Shown: positions 48,968-59,194, numbered from the stretch's first letter. The stretch is DNA of 64,000 nt from an uncultured Gammaproteobacteria bacterium (GCA_964403585.1 CAYOFQ010000001.1:332456-396455), one strand, 5' to 3'. Program-made: numbers and translations. The notes: a model not told the origin generated them from the sequence alone.

Positions 48968-50734
48968 ATGAAAAATATTATCAAGATCGTTAAGATTTCC
49001 CGTCCGCTCTATGGGTTGATTGCAGCAATCGCTGCCTTTATTTTAGTGGGGGCATTGCTGGATTTAGTCACACCGATACTTTCAAAATATATTGTTGATG
49101 AGGTAGTGAAAAATGTCCAAAACAATACCGGTAATTACGGTAACTTGATTTTTTATCTGGGATTATCTTTTGCGGCGATGGCCGTAAGTACCGTCGTAAC
49201 CTCAGTTTCGGAGCGTCTTGGCGATCATTTTGCCGGAAAGCTGCGCAAATTTTTAACTGAAAAATTCTATAACAAAGTTCTCACCTTATCTCAGAGCTAT
49301 TTTGACTCGGAGTTATCGGGAAAGATAGTTAATCAGCTGAATCGGGGAATTCAATCAATCCAGGGGTTTATTAATACGTCGACCAATTTTATTCTGCCTA
49401 CTTTTTTGCAGAGTATCTTTACTATCGCAGTTTTAGCCTATTACAACTGGCAAGTGGCTGCCCTCACCTTTGCGCTTTTCCCGATTTATCTGTATTTAAG
49501 TAATAAATCCAGCACTATTTGGGGAAAAGAGGAGCTGGCTAAAAATAAGCTGGAAGACACTAACCGCGGGCGTATTCAGGAGGTTATTGGCAATATCAAA
49601 GTTGTAAAGAGTTTTAACAATGAAAAAACCGAATTCGGTATTGTCTCTGAAAACATGACTGAAGTAAATAAAATTTATGCGCGGCAAAGTAACGCCTTTC
49701 ATATATTTGATTTTCTGCGCAACATGAGCTTAAACGTAATTTTACTTATTATCAACATCATCGTTTTTATTAATACATTTCGCGGAACTCTTACCATCGG
49801 TGAAATGGTCTTAATTCTCCAGCTGATCAACCAGGCCAGGCGTCCATTGTTCGCTATGTCCTTCATCTTAACTCAGGTCCAAACTGCCGAAAGCGGCTCC
49901 AAAGAATTTTTCGATATTCTTGAGCTCGAGTCAACAGAAAATTTTGAGGGCAATAGGGACATCAAACGGATTAATCAGCCGAAAATAGAATTTAAGAATG
50001 TCAGTTTTAAATACGAGAAATCCGACATGGTACTTAAAAATGCTTCCTTTACCATTCATGAGAAAGAAAAAGTTGCCCTGGTAGGGCATAGCGGTGCCGG
50101 TAAATCAACGATCGTCAATCTTATCCTTAAGTTTTATAACCCCACGGAAGGAACCATACTTCTCAAAGATCAAAATTATAATGAACTAAACTATCAAACT
50201 ATTCGCCATAATATTGCGTTAGTGTTTCAGGAAAATGAACTTTTTTCTTCAAACATCCGGGAAAATGTTTCATACGGCGGCAACGCCTCCGATGAAGAAA
50301 TAATTCAGGCGTTAAAAATGGCGAATGCCTACGACTTTGTATCAAAACTCCCGCAGGGGCTGGATTCCGAGATCGGTGAGCGGGGAGTCAGACTTTCGGG
50401 AGGACAAAAGCAGCGCATCCAAATTGCCCGTGCCATACTCAAAAACTCTCCAATTCTTATTTTAGACGAGGCCACGTCATCACTTGACGCCAAATCCGAG
50501 AAAGAAGTTCAGGAAGCGCTCGAGAATATGATGAAAGATCGCCTGGTGCTGATCATTGCTCATAGATTTTCAACTATCCAAAATGTCGACTCAGTTATTG
50601 TACTTGACCACGGTACTATTGCAGACTATGGCAAACCGGGAGAGCTTGCCCAAAGGCCGGGTCTGTATTCGGATCTTCTACGTTATCAAATTGAAGGGAA
50701 TAAAAAATTACTCGAGAATTACGAAATTTATTAG
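48968..50734 (+). CDS. ABC exporter, fused transmembrane plus ATP-binding protein (MsbA/lipid-A-exporter type)
   Basis: Six-helix N-terminal domain. Walker A GHSGAGKST, signature LSGGQKQRIQIARA, Walker B ILILDEATSSLD, H-loop IIAHR. Confidence 0.8.
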   Translation: MKNIIKIVKISRPLYGLIAAIAAFILVGALLDLVTPILSKYIVDEVVKNVQNNTGNYGNLIFYLGLSFAAMAVSTVVTSVSERLGDHFAGKLRKFLTEKFYNKVLTLSQSYFDSELSGKIVNQLNRGIQSIQGFINTSTNFILPTFLQSIFTIAVLAYYNWQVAALTFALFPIYLYLSNKSSTIWGKEELAKNKLEDTNRGRIQEVIGNIKVVKSFNNEKTEFGIVSENMTEVNKIYARQSNAFHIFDFLRNMSLNVILLIINIIVFINTFRGTLTIGEMVLILQLINQARRPLFAMSFILTQVQTAESGSKEFFDILELESTENFEGNRDIKRINQPKIEFKNVSFKYEKSDMVLKNASFTIHEKEKVALVGHSGAGKSTIVNLILKFYNPTEGTILLKDQNYNELNYQTIRHNIALVFQENELFSSNIRENVSYGGNASDEEIIQALKMANAYDFVSKLPQGLDSEIGERGVRLSGGQKQRIQIARAILKNSPILILDEATSSLDAKSEKEVQEALENMMKDRLVLIIAHRFSTIQNVDSVIVLDHGTIADYGKPGELAQRPGLYSDLLRYQIEGNKKLLENYEIY

Positions 50735-50857
50735 CGTACTTCTCATAAAATTGCCTCTATTGGCTATAACATAAAGTTAGATTCAATATGAGCTTGTAAT
50801 AGCTGCTTCGGAGGATTAGCATAAAACTGTACCCGCATTTCGCTGTCAGGAGGCACC

Positions 50858-51253
50858 ATGGCTGCAACCGGCTTTCTAGAAGTAAGAGCCTTCTCAACCG
50901 AGCCCCAATCCGCAACTGCGCGAATTTATCCGGTACCCCGTGTTATAACTCCGGGACTATCCTTTAAAGACCGTTTTGCCACCTGGATAGATAAAGCCGA
51001 CGTTGCCCTGGGCGCTGTTGACGCGCTGACACTGCCATTTCCCGGCGGCTATTCGGTACGGGTGCTCGATCAGGCCGACCATCGCGAGTTTAAACATCCG
51101 GTACGAATAGGGGATAAGTCGGCTGATGTTACCAGATACGGTGTAGTTCATGTTTTAAATGCGGCAGAAGAGGTCGTTGCCCGTATTCCCGCCCGGGCAT
51201 TGGCGGAAGCCCCCCACCGCCTTGACACCGTTCTCTTGAGGCGTACCCGGTAA
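50858..51253 (+). CDS. GC-rich (~55%) orphan ORF (131 aa), no recognisable family
   Basis: ORF sharply bounded by AT-rich spacers. Its composition is very different from the neighbours. Coding status is unproven. Confidence 0.3.
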   Translation: MAATGFLEVRAFSTEPQSATARIYPVPRVITPGLSFKDRFATWIDKADVALGAVDALTLPFPGGYSVRVLDQADHREFKHPVRIGDKSADVTRYGVVHVLNAAEEVVARIPARALAEAPHRLDTVLLRRTR

Positions 51254-51335
51254 GGTCAAGCTTTATTTTTTCCCTCTAATATAATAAAATTCTCAGATAT
51301 AATTAAAAGGTACAGTATTAGTATAATACAGTCTG

Positions 51336-52499
51336 ATGGATAATTTGTTAGAAAAAATCAACAAATCGGCAATCAAATTCCTCGCACCCTTAACTCCAAT
51401 CGATACCTATAAGACTATTGTTAAAGAAGCCATCAAACTTATTGATGGCAACTACGGTAATGTTTTATTGGAACAGAACGGGGAGATAAAGCGCGTCTAC
51501 GCATCCATTAAGATGGCCTACGGTACCAAAAACCGTAAACGGGGAAACACCTATAAATCTTTCGTAGAGCAGAAAGTTATTGTTGCACCAATCAAAGAAC
51601 TAGGGCCACACCACCCCGAAATGGCAAACTATGGTGTTAAATGGACTATTTTTATCCCTCTGGTCTATCAGAAAAAATCTATCGGTGTTCTGACTGTTAA
51701 TACCAGAAAAGAAGAAAAGGTGGATCGCAAGCAATATAACGCACTCAAATTATTTGGATCTTTGGCCAGCCTCGCTATTGTCAAAACACAAGCGCTGGAC
51801 GAAATTCAGAAGGCTCTCGAAACCCGGGACCTGTTCATTTCACTCGCCTCACATGAATTAAAAACCCCATTAACGTCGGTCAATGGATATGTGCAACTTA
51901 TCCAAAAAAAAGCCAAGAATTTCGAGGGATTTCCAGTTAATCTTGTCGACAGTTTAGCCAAAGAAACACACCGCTTAACCAATTTAATTAATGAACTACT
52001 GGAAATAAACCAGGTTAAAACCGGTACCTTCAACTTTAACTGGGTAGTCTGTAGTTTAGGAGAAATTATTGACCGGGCCGTCACTAATTTTAAACTGATC
52101 CGCCCCCAGCGGACTATCCTTTTCAACAATAAACTGAAAGATAAACCCGATTTTATTATTGGCGATAGTGATAAATTACTGCAGGTTATTCTCAATGTAC
52201 TGCATAACGCCGCCAAATTCTCTCCTGAAGAAACCATTATTACGGTAACACTCGATGAAGATGAAAAATGTTGCGTTATAAAGGTGAAAGACCGTGGTAC
52301 CGGAATCGACAAAAAGGACCTTCCCAATATCTTCAAGGATTTTTACAAAGGCAACAGTAATTCACACGAAGGCATGGGCTTGGGACTATTCTTAACCAAA
52401 CACATTATCGATAGTCACAAGGGAATTATTAAAGTTAAGTCCATAGAACACCGCGGGACAACCATCGAATTTCAGCTTCCCAAAGTAGCAATAACCTGA
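51336..52499 (+). CDS. Cytoplasmic sensor histidine kinase (N-terminal GAF/PAS-like domain, HisKA, HATPase_c)
   Basis: H-box ISLASHELKTPLTSVNGYVQL, N-box LHNAAKFS, G1 VKDRGTGID, G2 GMGLGLFLTK. No TM segments. Confidence 0.8.
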   Translation: MDNLLEKINKSAIKFLAPLTPIDTYKTIVKEAIKLIDGNYGNVLLEQNGEIKRVYASIKMAYGTKNRKRGNTYKSFVEQKVIVAPIKELGPHHPEMANYGVKWTIFIPLVYQKKSIGVLTVNTRKEEKVDRKQYNALKLFGSLASLAIVKTQALDEIQKALETRDLFISLASHELKTPLTSVNGYVQLIQKKAKNFEGFPVNLVDSLAKETHRLTNLINELLEINQVKTGTFNFNWVVCSLGEIIDRAVTNFKLIRPQRTILFNNKLKDKPDFIIGDSDKLLQVILNVLHNAAKFSPEETIITVTLDEDEKCCVIKVKDRGTGIDKKDLPNIFKDFYKGNSNSHEGMGLGLFLTKHIIDSHKGIIKVKSIEHRGTTIEFQLPKVAIT

Positions 52500-52500
52500 T

Positions 52501-53649
52501 ATGTCATACGAACAAATATATGAAATGGCAGCACTTGCGGAATTCGCGTATTTAGCTGCCCAAGAAGCCCCTCTAATACAAAACCTTAGGATCTCAAACC
52601 CCGGCGGCGAGGAACCGCTCAGTTTTGAGCCGGTTTTTGAGGAACACGTCATACGTTCTCTAATTGAAGGTGAACTGACTGCCCTCTCGCTCGTCGGCAC
52701 CTCCGGCAGTGGTAAGGGCATGCTGGCTCACAATATCGCCATTGCTGCTCAACGTCACCCGTATCTGAAAAAAGAATTAAGAGGTCAAGGAAGAACCCTA
52801 GAGGTCGTTACAGCACCATATGCACACTCAGCCCAAGTATTGCGTAAAATTGAGCCGCGGTTCCGTGGATTCAAAATTGGTATCGGCAGCCAACGTATGT
52901 TCGCTCGGAGCACTGCTTTCTGGAATGAGAACGTCCAGCACGCTATTTTAGATAAACCGGACCCTTCCAAATCAGTACTTCTGGTCGCAGAATTCCCTTT
53001 CTTAATGGGCTATCCAATACCGCATATCCGCCCCCTGCAGGTTCTGGGCATGGATCGTGGAATTGGAAGTGTCGACCTGCTTGAACATCATGAGCGATCT
53101 CGAGATCGCCATCGAGTAATATTTCTGGATCGGGAAGAGGATGTGCTTGATCATACGATTAGTGATCGTGGCAATAACGGTAATCCGGACGAGCAATCTC
53201 GTATCGAGCTAATATACACTGATCCAATCAGCAAAAAAGATACTCCCTTCCGGAATCTAAAACCAAAGGCTCAGCGTGAGCTTACAGATTTACGAAAAAT
53301 TTCACAGACCCCCATCGAACGAATCCCTGCCAGCGATGAACAAGTTCGGCGTATTAAAGAGCAACTCTTGGAAATGACATATGAAGAGTATCCGGGGAAT
53401 GCTCATCCGATACTCGAGGGACCGACCAACCGCGACCTGACATTTGCTATAACCAGATCTCTTGGTGTACCCGATTACAAAATTATTACTCCCCAAAATC
53501 CCGTGATGCTTGATGAAATGAACTGGTATTTTTCCTACTTACTGCAAATGAATATGTGGACTATGCGGTATCCGCAACAGTTGCTCGGAACATGGCTACA
53601 GGGCAGGTTCGCGAAGCATATAGCCAAATCCCCGTATCGACTTGATTAA
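52501..53649 (+). CDS. P-loop NTPase-like protein of unknown function (NMP-kinase-type GxxGxGKG Walker A)
   Basis: LSLVGTSGSGKGMLAHNIAIAA. Starts 1 nt after the kinase stop. Its 3' end overlaps the convergent response-regulator gene by about 54 nt. Confidence 0.45.
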   Translation: MSYEQIYEMAALAEFAYLAAQEAPLIQNLRISNPGGEEPLSFEPVFEEHVIRSLIEGELTALSLVGTSGSGKGMLAHNIAIAAQRHPYLKKELRGQGRTLEVVTAPYAHSAQVLRKIEPRFRGFKIGIGSQRMFARSTAFWNENVQHAILDKPDPSKSVLLVAEFPFLMGYPIPHIRPLQVLGMDRGIGSVDLLEHHERSRDRHRVIFLDREEDVLDHTISDRGNNGNPDEQSRIELIYTDPISKKDTPFRNLKPKAQRELTDLRKISQTPIERIPASDEQVRRIKEQLLEMTYEEYPGNAHPILEGPTNRDLTFAITRSLGVPDYKIITPQNPVMLDEMNWYFSYLLQMNMWTMRYPQQLLGTWLQGRFAKHIAKSPYRLD

Positions 53650-54276
53650 TTTGGTTTCAAAACCGGCATCAATTTTTTTGCGCAAATAGCCGATATAGAC
53701 ATCGACAACACGGGTCTCAACATCCGGAGAAGACATCCAAAGCCGATTGAGAATCATATCCCGGGTCAGTACGCGGCCTTTATTCATAATCAGATAATGA
53801 AGTAACTTAAATTCTTGAGCAGTGAGATCTATCTGTTCTGTCCCCCGGGTCACTTCATGCGTTTGCAAATTCATAACTAAATCATCCACGCGCAATACCG
53901 AATCTTCGTCCTCGCTATATCGCAAACGGGCATTAACCCGGGCTAAAAATTCATCAGCCACAAACGGCTTAGTTATATAATCGTCGGCACCGAGCTGAAG
54001 TCCGTTAATGATGTCTACAATATTGTGTTTAGCCGAAAGAATAATTACGCGCAAATGCGGGTGTTTTTTTCTGATTTCCAGACAAACAGACTCTCCGGAA
54101 ATATCAGGGAGACCGAGGTCGAGAATTACTAAATCCGGCTTGGCGGTATCTATTCTTTTGAGACCTTCAGTGCCGCGGGATACCACATCTACAGAGTATC
54201 CGTTATCGAGAAGTAAATCCCGTAGATATCCCTGAATTCCCGGATCATCTTCAATAACTAACAATGATTTGTTCAT
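53596..54276 (-). CDS. OmpR-family two-component response regulator
   Basis: Receiver LLVIEDDPGIQ…DLVILDLGLPDISG…K. C-terminal trans_reg_C LTAQEFKLLHYLIMNKGRVLTRDMILNRLW…YIGYLRKKID…IKSIRGFGYML. Confidence 0.85.
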   Translation of the reverse strand: MNKSLLVIEDDPGIQGYLRDLLLDNGYSVDVVSRGTEGLKRIDTAKPDLVILDLGLPDISGESVCLEIRKKHPHLRVIILSAKHNIVDIINGLQLGADDYITKPFVADEFLARVNARLRYSEDEDSVLRVDDLVMNLQTHEVTRGTEQIDLTAQEFKLLHYLIMNKGRVLTRDMILNRLWMSSPDVETRVVDVYIGYLRKKIDAGFETKLIKSIRGFGYMLREPAL

Positions 54277-54365
54277 ATCCTTACCGTATTCTTACACAAT
54301 TACTAACAAAAATTAACTTAAAAACATTATACTAATAATATAATATTTATACAACCTCTTAGTAT

Positions 54366-54611
54366 ATGAAAAATTACACTGGATTAAGAATCACCAATTT
54401 CCAAACTTTTTGCCTTAATTTTATCATTGGAGTTGGAATTGTGCACACTGGAGTGTACTTAATGAATATAGTACATCAGGTCGGGATAGTAAATAGTGTG
54501 CAACTATTGCTGGTAGGTATTACTGCTGTTTTGGCTATCATAATCTATGCCAGGAAGATAATACAAAGAAAACGAACCTTCTTTTACAGCGGCAGTGTGG
54601 AAATGACCTGA
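54366..54611 (+). CDS. Small hypothetical membrane protein
   Basis: ORF of 81 aa with two hydrophobic helices. Overlaps the 3' end of the convergent SerB-like gene by 28 nt. Uncertain. Confidence 0.25.
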   Translation: MKNYTGLRITNFQTFCLNFIIGVGIVHTGVYLMNIVHQVGIVNSVQLLLVGITAVLAIIIYARKIIQRKRTFFYSGSVEMT

Positions 54612-55249
54612 TCTATTGAAGAAGCTTCAAGGTCCGCGTTCTGAATGATTGATTCCCGTCGCACATTCTCAGTATATGCAATAAACTGATCGGCATTGCC
54701 CGTTGCACGTATTTGGTAGTCGGTAAACCCGTCTCCAATAACCGTGACTTGACCGGAAAGGTTAAGTGCCGCAACTTGAAGCACTTTTCCGTTACTTTGG
54801 CTTAAAAAGTTAGCCGTGTCATAACCAATGACGTCTCCTACAGAGTTAAAAATAAAGGTATTTGCGAGGACGCGTGATTCGGCAATGCCGAATTCCGCAA
54901 CTACCGGGCAGATATATTCTTTAAATCCGCCGGAAATTATAAAAATGCTATCTGCGTGCCGGTGAAAGAATTCTTTGTTTCTTTGGAACGAAGCGCTGAC
55001 GCGGGATTGTAAAAGCTCAATTACCTCTTCAATATGTTTTCGCGTAATCGAAAAAAGATTAATTCGTCGGGACAACGACTCCTGAAAGGGAATTTTTCCC
55101 TCCATACCGAGCTGGGTAATATCCTTTATCTGGGTAATAATTTTTTCTCTCTCGGGAACAGTTTGCAGAGCAATCGCCGCCAATTCATCGAGAGCCTCTA
55201 CCTGTACAAAGGTACTGTCAAAGTCAAAGATGAAGTAATGAGGCCTCAT
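54584..55249 (-). CDS. HAD-family phosphatase, phosphoserine-phosphatase (SerB)-like
   Basis: Motif I FIFDFDSTFV (DxDST), motif III lysine region, motif IV VIGDGFTD. Confidence 0.65.
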   Translation of the reverse strand: MRPHYFIFDFDSTFVQVEALDELAAIALQTVPEREKIITQIKDITQLGMEGKIPFQESLSRRINLFSITRKHIEEVIELLQSRVSASFQRNKEFFHRHADSIFIISGGFKEYICPVVAEFGIAESRVLANTFIFNSVGDVIGYDTANFLSQSNGKVLQVAALNLSGQVTVIGDGFTDYQIRATGNADQFIAYTENVRRESIIQNADLEASSIDQVISTLPL

Positions 55250-55277
55250 AAAGTATAATCATACCATAAAAATAATT

Positions 55278-56327
55278 ATGTATAGTCTTAAACACGGCGC
55301 ACTGCCGGAAATGATCTCACCGTATATGAAGCGTCTTATTGCTGAAACAGGAGGCGAAGATGGCCCTATCGGCAGGCAATTTATTGCCCGGCCGGAAAGC
55401 GAATCAGCCTTCGAAAGTACGGCCAGTTTTGACCCGCTTATTGAAGAACAGCATGAAGTCGCTCCGGGAGTAATTTATAAATATCAGGGCAAACTCGGCA
55501 GGGAAAATACGGTCGAGTATTATGGTCGCATTTTGTGGACCATCAGCCGGTACTGTGCAACCTACTGCCGGTTTTGTTTCAGGGGGCGTATGGTCGGCCT
55601 TCCGGCCGGCCACTCCCGGCCGGAAGGGGAGACTTTACTTCAAAAGCCATATTTATCGGATGCTGACATTGATCAGGTCATCGATTTTCTGAAAAACCAT
55701 CCTGAAATCAACGAGGTAATCCTTTCAGGTGGCGATCCGCTGATTGTTCCTCAGAACTATCTTAAAAAAATTATCTCAGGGTTAACCGAGCTCCAATCCA
55801 ACAATCATCTGGACATCATCCGTATTCATACCCGGGCTCCGGTTACTAATCCTGAGTCAATAAAAGCCTGGCATCTCGAAACACTGCAACGGATAACCAC
55901 CCCGTATATCGTTCTCCATATTAATCATCCGGCCGAAATTACCGGTGAAGTCGTGTCAATCCTCACCCGACTCCGGACTGAGTGTGGTGCAACACTGCTC
56001 GCACAGTCTGTCCTGTTACGTGGAGTTAATGATGATATTACAGTTCTTCAGGACTTGTTCAACAGGATGGTTAAAGTTGGTATTCGGCCATACTATCTGC
56101 ATTACAATGACCCCGTGTATTGGGCTAAACACTTTACGGTGCCGGTTCAGGAGGCTATCGCCATTTGGCGAAAATTGAGACCCCGTTTATCGGGACTTGC
56201 TGCGTCTGCCAAATTTGTTATCGATACACCATACGGATATGGAAAAGTTCCGTTCCCGGAAGGTCAGTGGAATACCGAACTTACGTCTTTCCTGGATTTT
56301 AATAATGTTCGCCACACTCTTGATTGA
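55278..56327 (+). CDS. KamA-family radical SAM aminomutase (lysine 2,3-aminomutase / EF-P beta-lysylation EpmB-like)
   Basis: CATYCRFCFR (CxxxCxxC), ILSGGDPL, and the HTR…P…N region typical of the KamA family. Confidence 0.8.
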   Translation: MYSLKHGALPEMISPYMKRLIAETGGEDGPIGRQFIARPESESAFESTASFDPLIEEQHEVAPGVIYKYQGKLGRENTVEYYGRILWTISRYCATYCRFCFRGRMVGLPAGHSRPEGETLLQKPYLSDADIDQVIDFLKNHPEINEVILSGGDPLIVPQNYLKKIISGLTELQSNNHLDIIRIHTRAPVTNPESIKAWHLETLQRITTPYIVLHINHPAEITGEVVSILTRLRTECGATLLAQSVLLRGVNDDITVLQDLFNRMVKVGIRPYYLHYNDPVYWAKHFTVPVQEAIAIWRKLRPRLSGLAASAKFVIDTPYGYGKVPFPEGQWNTELTSFLDFNNVRHTLD

Positions 56328-56374
56328 AATCCCACTCTGTTCATGCAACAATACGGTGACAAAAAAGGAGCTCT

Positions 56375-57259
56375 ATGAAAAAAGTTATCTTTCCTGTTCT
56401 CATCACGCTGCTACTTACCGCTTGCGCAGGGAAACCCGCCACTTCATCGGACAGCTCATCTATACCTGGCACGTTCCGACCCAGTGCTACAGGAACAGCC
56501 TTGGCATCACCTTCCGGGCTCGGGTACGAACTTAAAATCTCTGAAGCGGAAATTATTAAACAATATTTGTCACGACATCTGGGCAGCACTTCCCAAGGGG
56601 GACGAGTATTTGTAGCCTACGAGCAACTCAGTCGGGAGCAAAAAGAAGGCATGGACGATGTCTATCTGTGGGCGGTAATTGAGGAATATTATAAACAGAA
56701 TAATGAACTGAAAAAAGGCTCTGGCAGCAGTATTCCAACAGCACTTATTCTACAAGATCAGGGTGACGGAGTTCCGGTGGTGACCGGACATAAAGTTCCG
56801 GGCGACGGTTCAGCCTATACACAGGATTTGCAAAAAATCTTTCCGGAAGAGGTGCGAAAAAATAGAATCTTTGAGTCAGATGTGACGTATCACAATCAGG
56901 TAGTTGAAAAACTGCAAAGAACCAATGAAGCAGATGCCAAAGATTTTTTCGCAAACGACAACTCATTTACCTCTATTGCACAGGCTTTTTATGAAGAATA
57001 TGCGCGTAACCCGGGCGAGCAATACATAAAACAGTCGGTCTATGTAACTGAAGAATTACGTCAGAAAGTGATTGATGAAAAATTAAATGTCCTTTGTAGT
57101 CAAAGTGAACCAAATTATGTCACCTATCAGGAATTCTCAGGTCTACCCGGTCTGGTAATCCATCAATATATCGGAACCTCCGAAGCAGACAGGCGCAAAG
57201 TTCTATTTAAGCAGGTCGGGTCAAAATGGAAGATTGATTCGATCACTTGTGAGAAATAA
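56375..57259 (+). CDS. Hypothetical lipoprotein
   Basis: Signal peptide plus lipobox LLLTACAG. Ser-rich linker. No family recognised. Confidence 0.5.
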   Translation: MKKVIFPVLITLLLTACAGKPATSSDSSSIPGTFRPSATGTALASPSGLGYELKISEAEIIKQYLSRHLGSTSQGGRVFVAYEQLSREQKEGMDDVYLWAVIEEYYKQNNELKKGSGSSIPTALILQDQGDGVPVVTGHKVPGDGSAYTQDLQKIFPEEVRKNRIFESDVTYHNQVVEKLQRTNEADAKDFFANDNSFTSIAQAFYEEYARNPGEQYIKQSVYVTEELRQKVIDEKLNVLCSQSEPNYVTYQEFSGLPGLVIHQYIGTSEADRRKVLFKQVGSKWKIDSITCEK

Positions 57260-58100
57260 ATCGATACACATTGTAAACCAGCGTTACGAGGCCATAGCCA
57301 AAAAAGGAAAATATACAAAGCCCAATTATACCTGCCACTGTCATCAGGAGTTGGTTATCTTCATACCGGGCGAGTGAGGCGGGGAGAAGTAAAAAAGTAT
57401 TATACATTCCGTGCATCAAAAAACCGTACCAGAACCCATGGCGGAGACGAATAAAACCTAAGACCAAACCAACAATTACTTGTGGTAGTCCGAGCAATAC
57501 AACCACTAATAAAATATTTCGTACTTCCGAATAGTTCGTTATATGCATCATGCCAAATAGAATAGTCAGAATGTAAAATATGCCTCCAAAGTGTGACGCA
57601 TAAAAATTGTTCAGCCGGTCTTTAATATCTGGCCGTCGAAGAATCGCATACACACTCAAGCTGAGTAGCAGAGGTATGAACCAAACTTGCAGTGTTAAAT
57701 TAGATTCGGGAAAATAGACACGATTTATAAATACGGAAATAATTCGTGCGGCAAAAAAAGTTGCCAGTCCAAGATAGAACGGTTTGAATCGGAGGGGCAG
57801 GCGGAAGGTAGTCTCTTCAATAAACGGTGCAACTACTCCACCGAGCAGGAAAATCATCAAAAGGTTCCCATTTATCGCAAACTCACTTACAGCATTAATA
57901 CCCTCATATTTAAGAAGAGTAAGCAAAACCGTGATCAATAGGGCAATTGGAATAACCACCACATAGAGCCAGGATATCAGCACCAGGATTCGCCGCAGGA
58001 TCAGTGAGCGGGTCAACCCTGTTATCGCCTCATCGGTCGGGTGGCGTAAAAAAGCTAAAATTTCAGACAATAACTGAAAGTGATACTCTCGCATTACCAT
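57243..58100 (-). CDS. CPBP-family intramembrane metalloprotease (CAAX protease / Abi-domain)
   Basis: Motif 1 FIEETTFRLPLR (EExxxR), motif 2 FGMMH (FxxxH). Polytopic membrane protein. Confidence 0.65.
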   Translation of the reverse strand: MVMREYHFQLLSEILAFLRHPTDEAITGLTRSLILRRILVLISWLYVVVIPIALLITVLLTLLKYEGINAVSEFAINGNLLMIFLLGGVVAPFIEETTFRLPLRFKPFYLGLATFFAARIISVFINRVYFPESNLTLQVWFIPLLLSLSVYAILRRPDIKDRLNNFYASHFGGIFYILTILFGMMHITNYSEVRNILLVVVLLGLPQVIVGLVLGFIRLRHGFWYGFLMHGMYNTFLLLPASLARYEDNQLLMTVAGIIGLCIFSFFGYGLVTLVYNVYRFISHK

Positions 58101-58147
58101 ATTCTACCACCCTTTATTTTAGTGAAAATAGTCGATAAAATAGTCTT

Positions 58148-59083
58148 ATGAATGTCTTTGCCATTGTGGATATAGGAACGCTCAAGGTCAAAACTGAAAT
58201 TGCCTCGGTAAATCCTGATGGAACTTTGCGCCATATCTATCATTCGAACAACTTAACCTGTTTTGGCGTCGGACTAGATGAAAATGACGGTAACGTGCAA
58301 GACAGGTACCTCGAAAGAACAATCACCGAACTGCAGCGGGTCAAACAGGTACTGCAACAGCATCAGGTCTCTCAGTTTAAAGTGGTTTCAACACACGCCA
58401 TGCGGCGGGCAAAGAATCGTGAACAAGTGAGGCATAAAATGGAGACCGAGACGGGTTTTTCCATTGAAAATATTTCTCAGGAGCAGGAAGCCGGATTTTT
58501 CTTTACCGCAGTTATGCGCACATTCCAAAACCGGGACCGGGAATATGCAGTTGTGGATGTCGGTGGCGGTAGTGTCCAGGTTCTAATCGGCACGCCGGAG
58601 AAGCTCAGAGCCGCTCATATGATGCAAACGGGGGCGCAGGTGCTGCATGAACAATTTGGTACCAACCCTCACGAACCTACCGGATTCAACACTGAAGCCG
58701 AACTGGAAAAAATGCGACAGAAAATTCTTGATGAGCTTGTACTGCTTGAAGCGCACCACGGTATCCCGGTCATTTATGGATCATCCATAATCATTGATGT
58801 AATGAAAGGAATCGGGCTGCCGCTTGAACCATATACTGAATCCAGCACCCATCCCTATAAAACCTACCAAAAATATATGGCCGAATTTATAACTAAAATT
58901 CTTCCTTTGACGTTTGCCCAAAGAGAAGAACAATATGATATCCAAAAAGGATTTATGTGGGCGATCGATAAAGGGTTTCTCAACATACTGACAATCAGTG
59001 ATTATCTGCAAAGCCCGTTTATCATCCCCTCCAATGCTAATATTGCGCAGGGAATAATCTATTCCTTGGATTCTCAAAAATAG
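58148..59083 (+). CDS. Ppx/GppA-family phosphatase-like actin-fold protein
   Basis: N-terminal FAIVDIGTLKVKTEI and AVVDVGGGSVQVLIG resemble the phosphate-1 and phosphate-2 motifs of Ppx/GppA exopolyphosphatases. Confidence 0.5.
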   Translation: MNVFAIVDIGTLKVKTEIASVNPDGTLRHIYHSNNLTCFGVGLDENDGNVQDRYLERTITELQRVKQVLQQHQVSQFKVVSTHAMRRAKNREQVRHKMETETGFSIENISQEQEAGFFFTAVMRTFQNRDREYAVVDVGGGSVQVLIGTPEKLRAAHMMQTGAQVLHEQFGTNPHEPTGFNTEAELEKMRQKILDELVLLEAHHGIPVIYGSSIIIDVMKGIGLPLEPYTESSTHPYKTYQKYMAEFITKILPLTFAQREEQYDIQKGFMWAIDKGFLNILTISDYLQSPFIIPSNANIAQGIIYSLDSQK

Positions 59084-59194
59084 GAGGTTACTTTCATTAC
59101 TAACACGACGTTTGAACGATTTGAAGTTACTGTTCGAACACCGTCCGAAATCCCGGCTGTTGTCGACCTGCTTAAAAGACACTCAATAGACTCT

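Noticed and set aside
50858-51253. GC-rich island as an RNase P RNA, tmRNA or other structured RNA
   Set aside because: None of the conserved RNase P strings (AGGAAAGTCCGGGCTCC, ACAGAACCCGGCTTA) or tmRNA ends (GGGGCTGATTCTGGATTCGACG start, …TCCACCA end) are present. It is kept as an orphan-ORF finding instead.
56197-56535. 112-aa plus-strand ORF spanning the KamA stop and lipoprotein start
   Set aside because: It overlaps two better-supported genes in other frames. Probably spurious.
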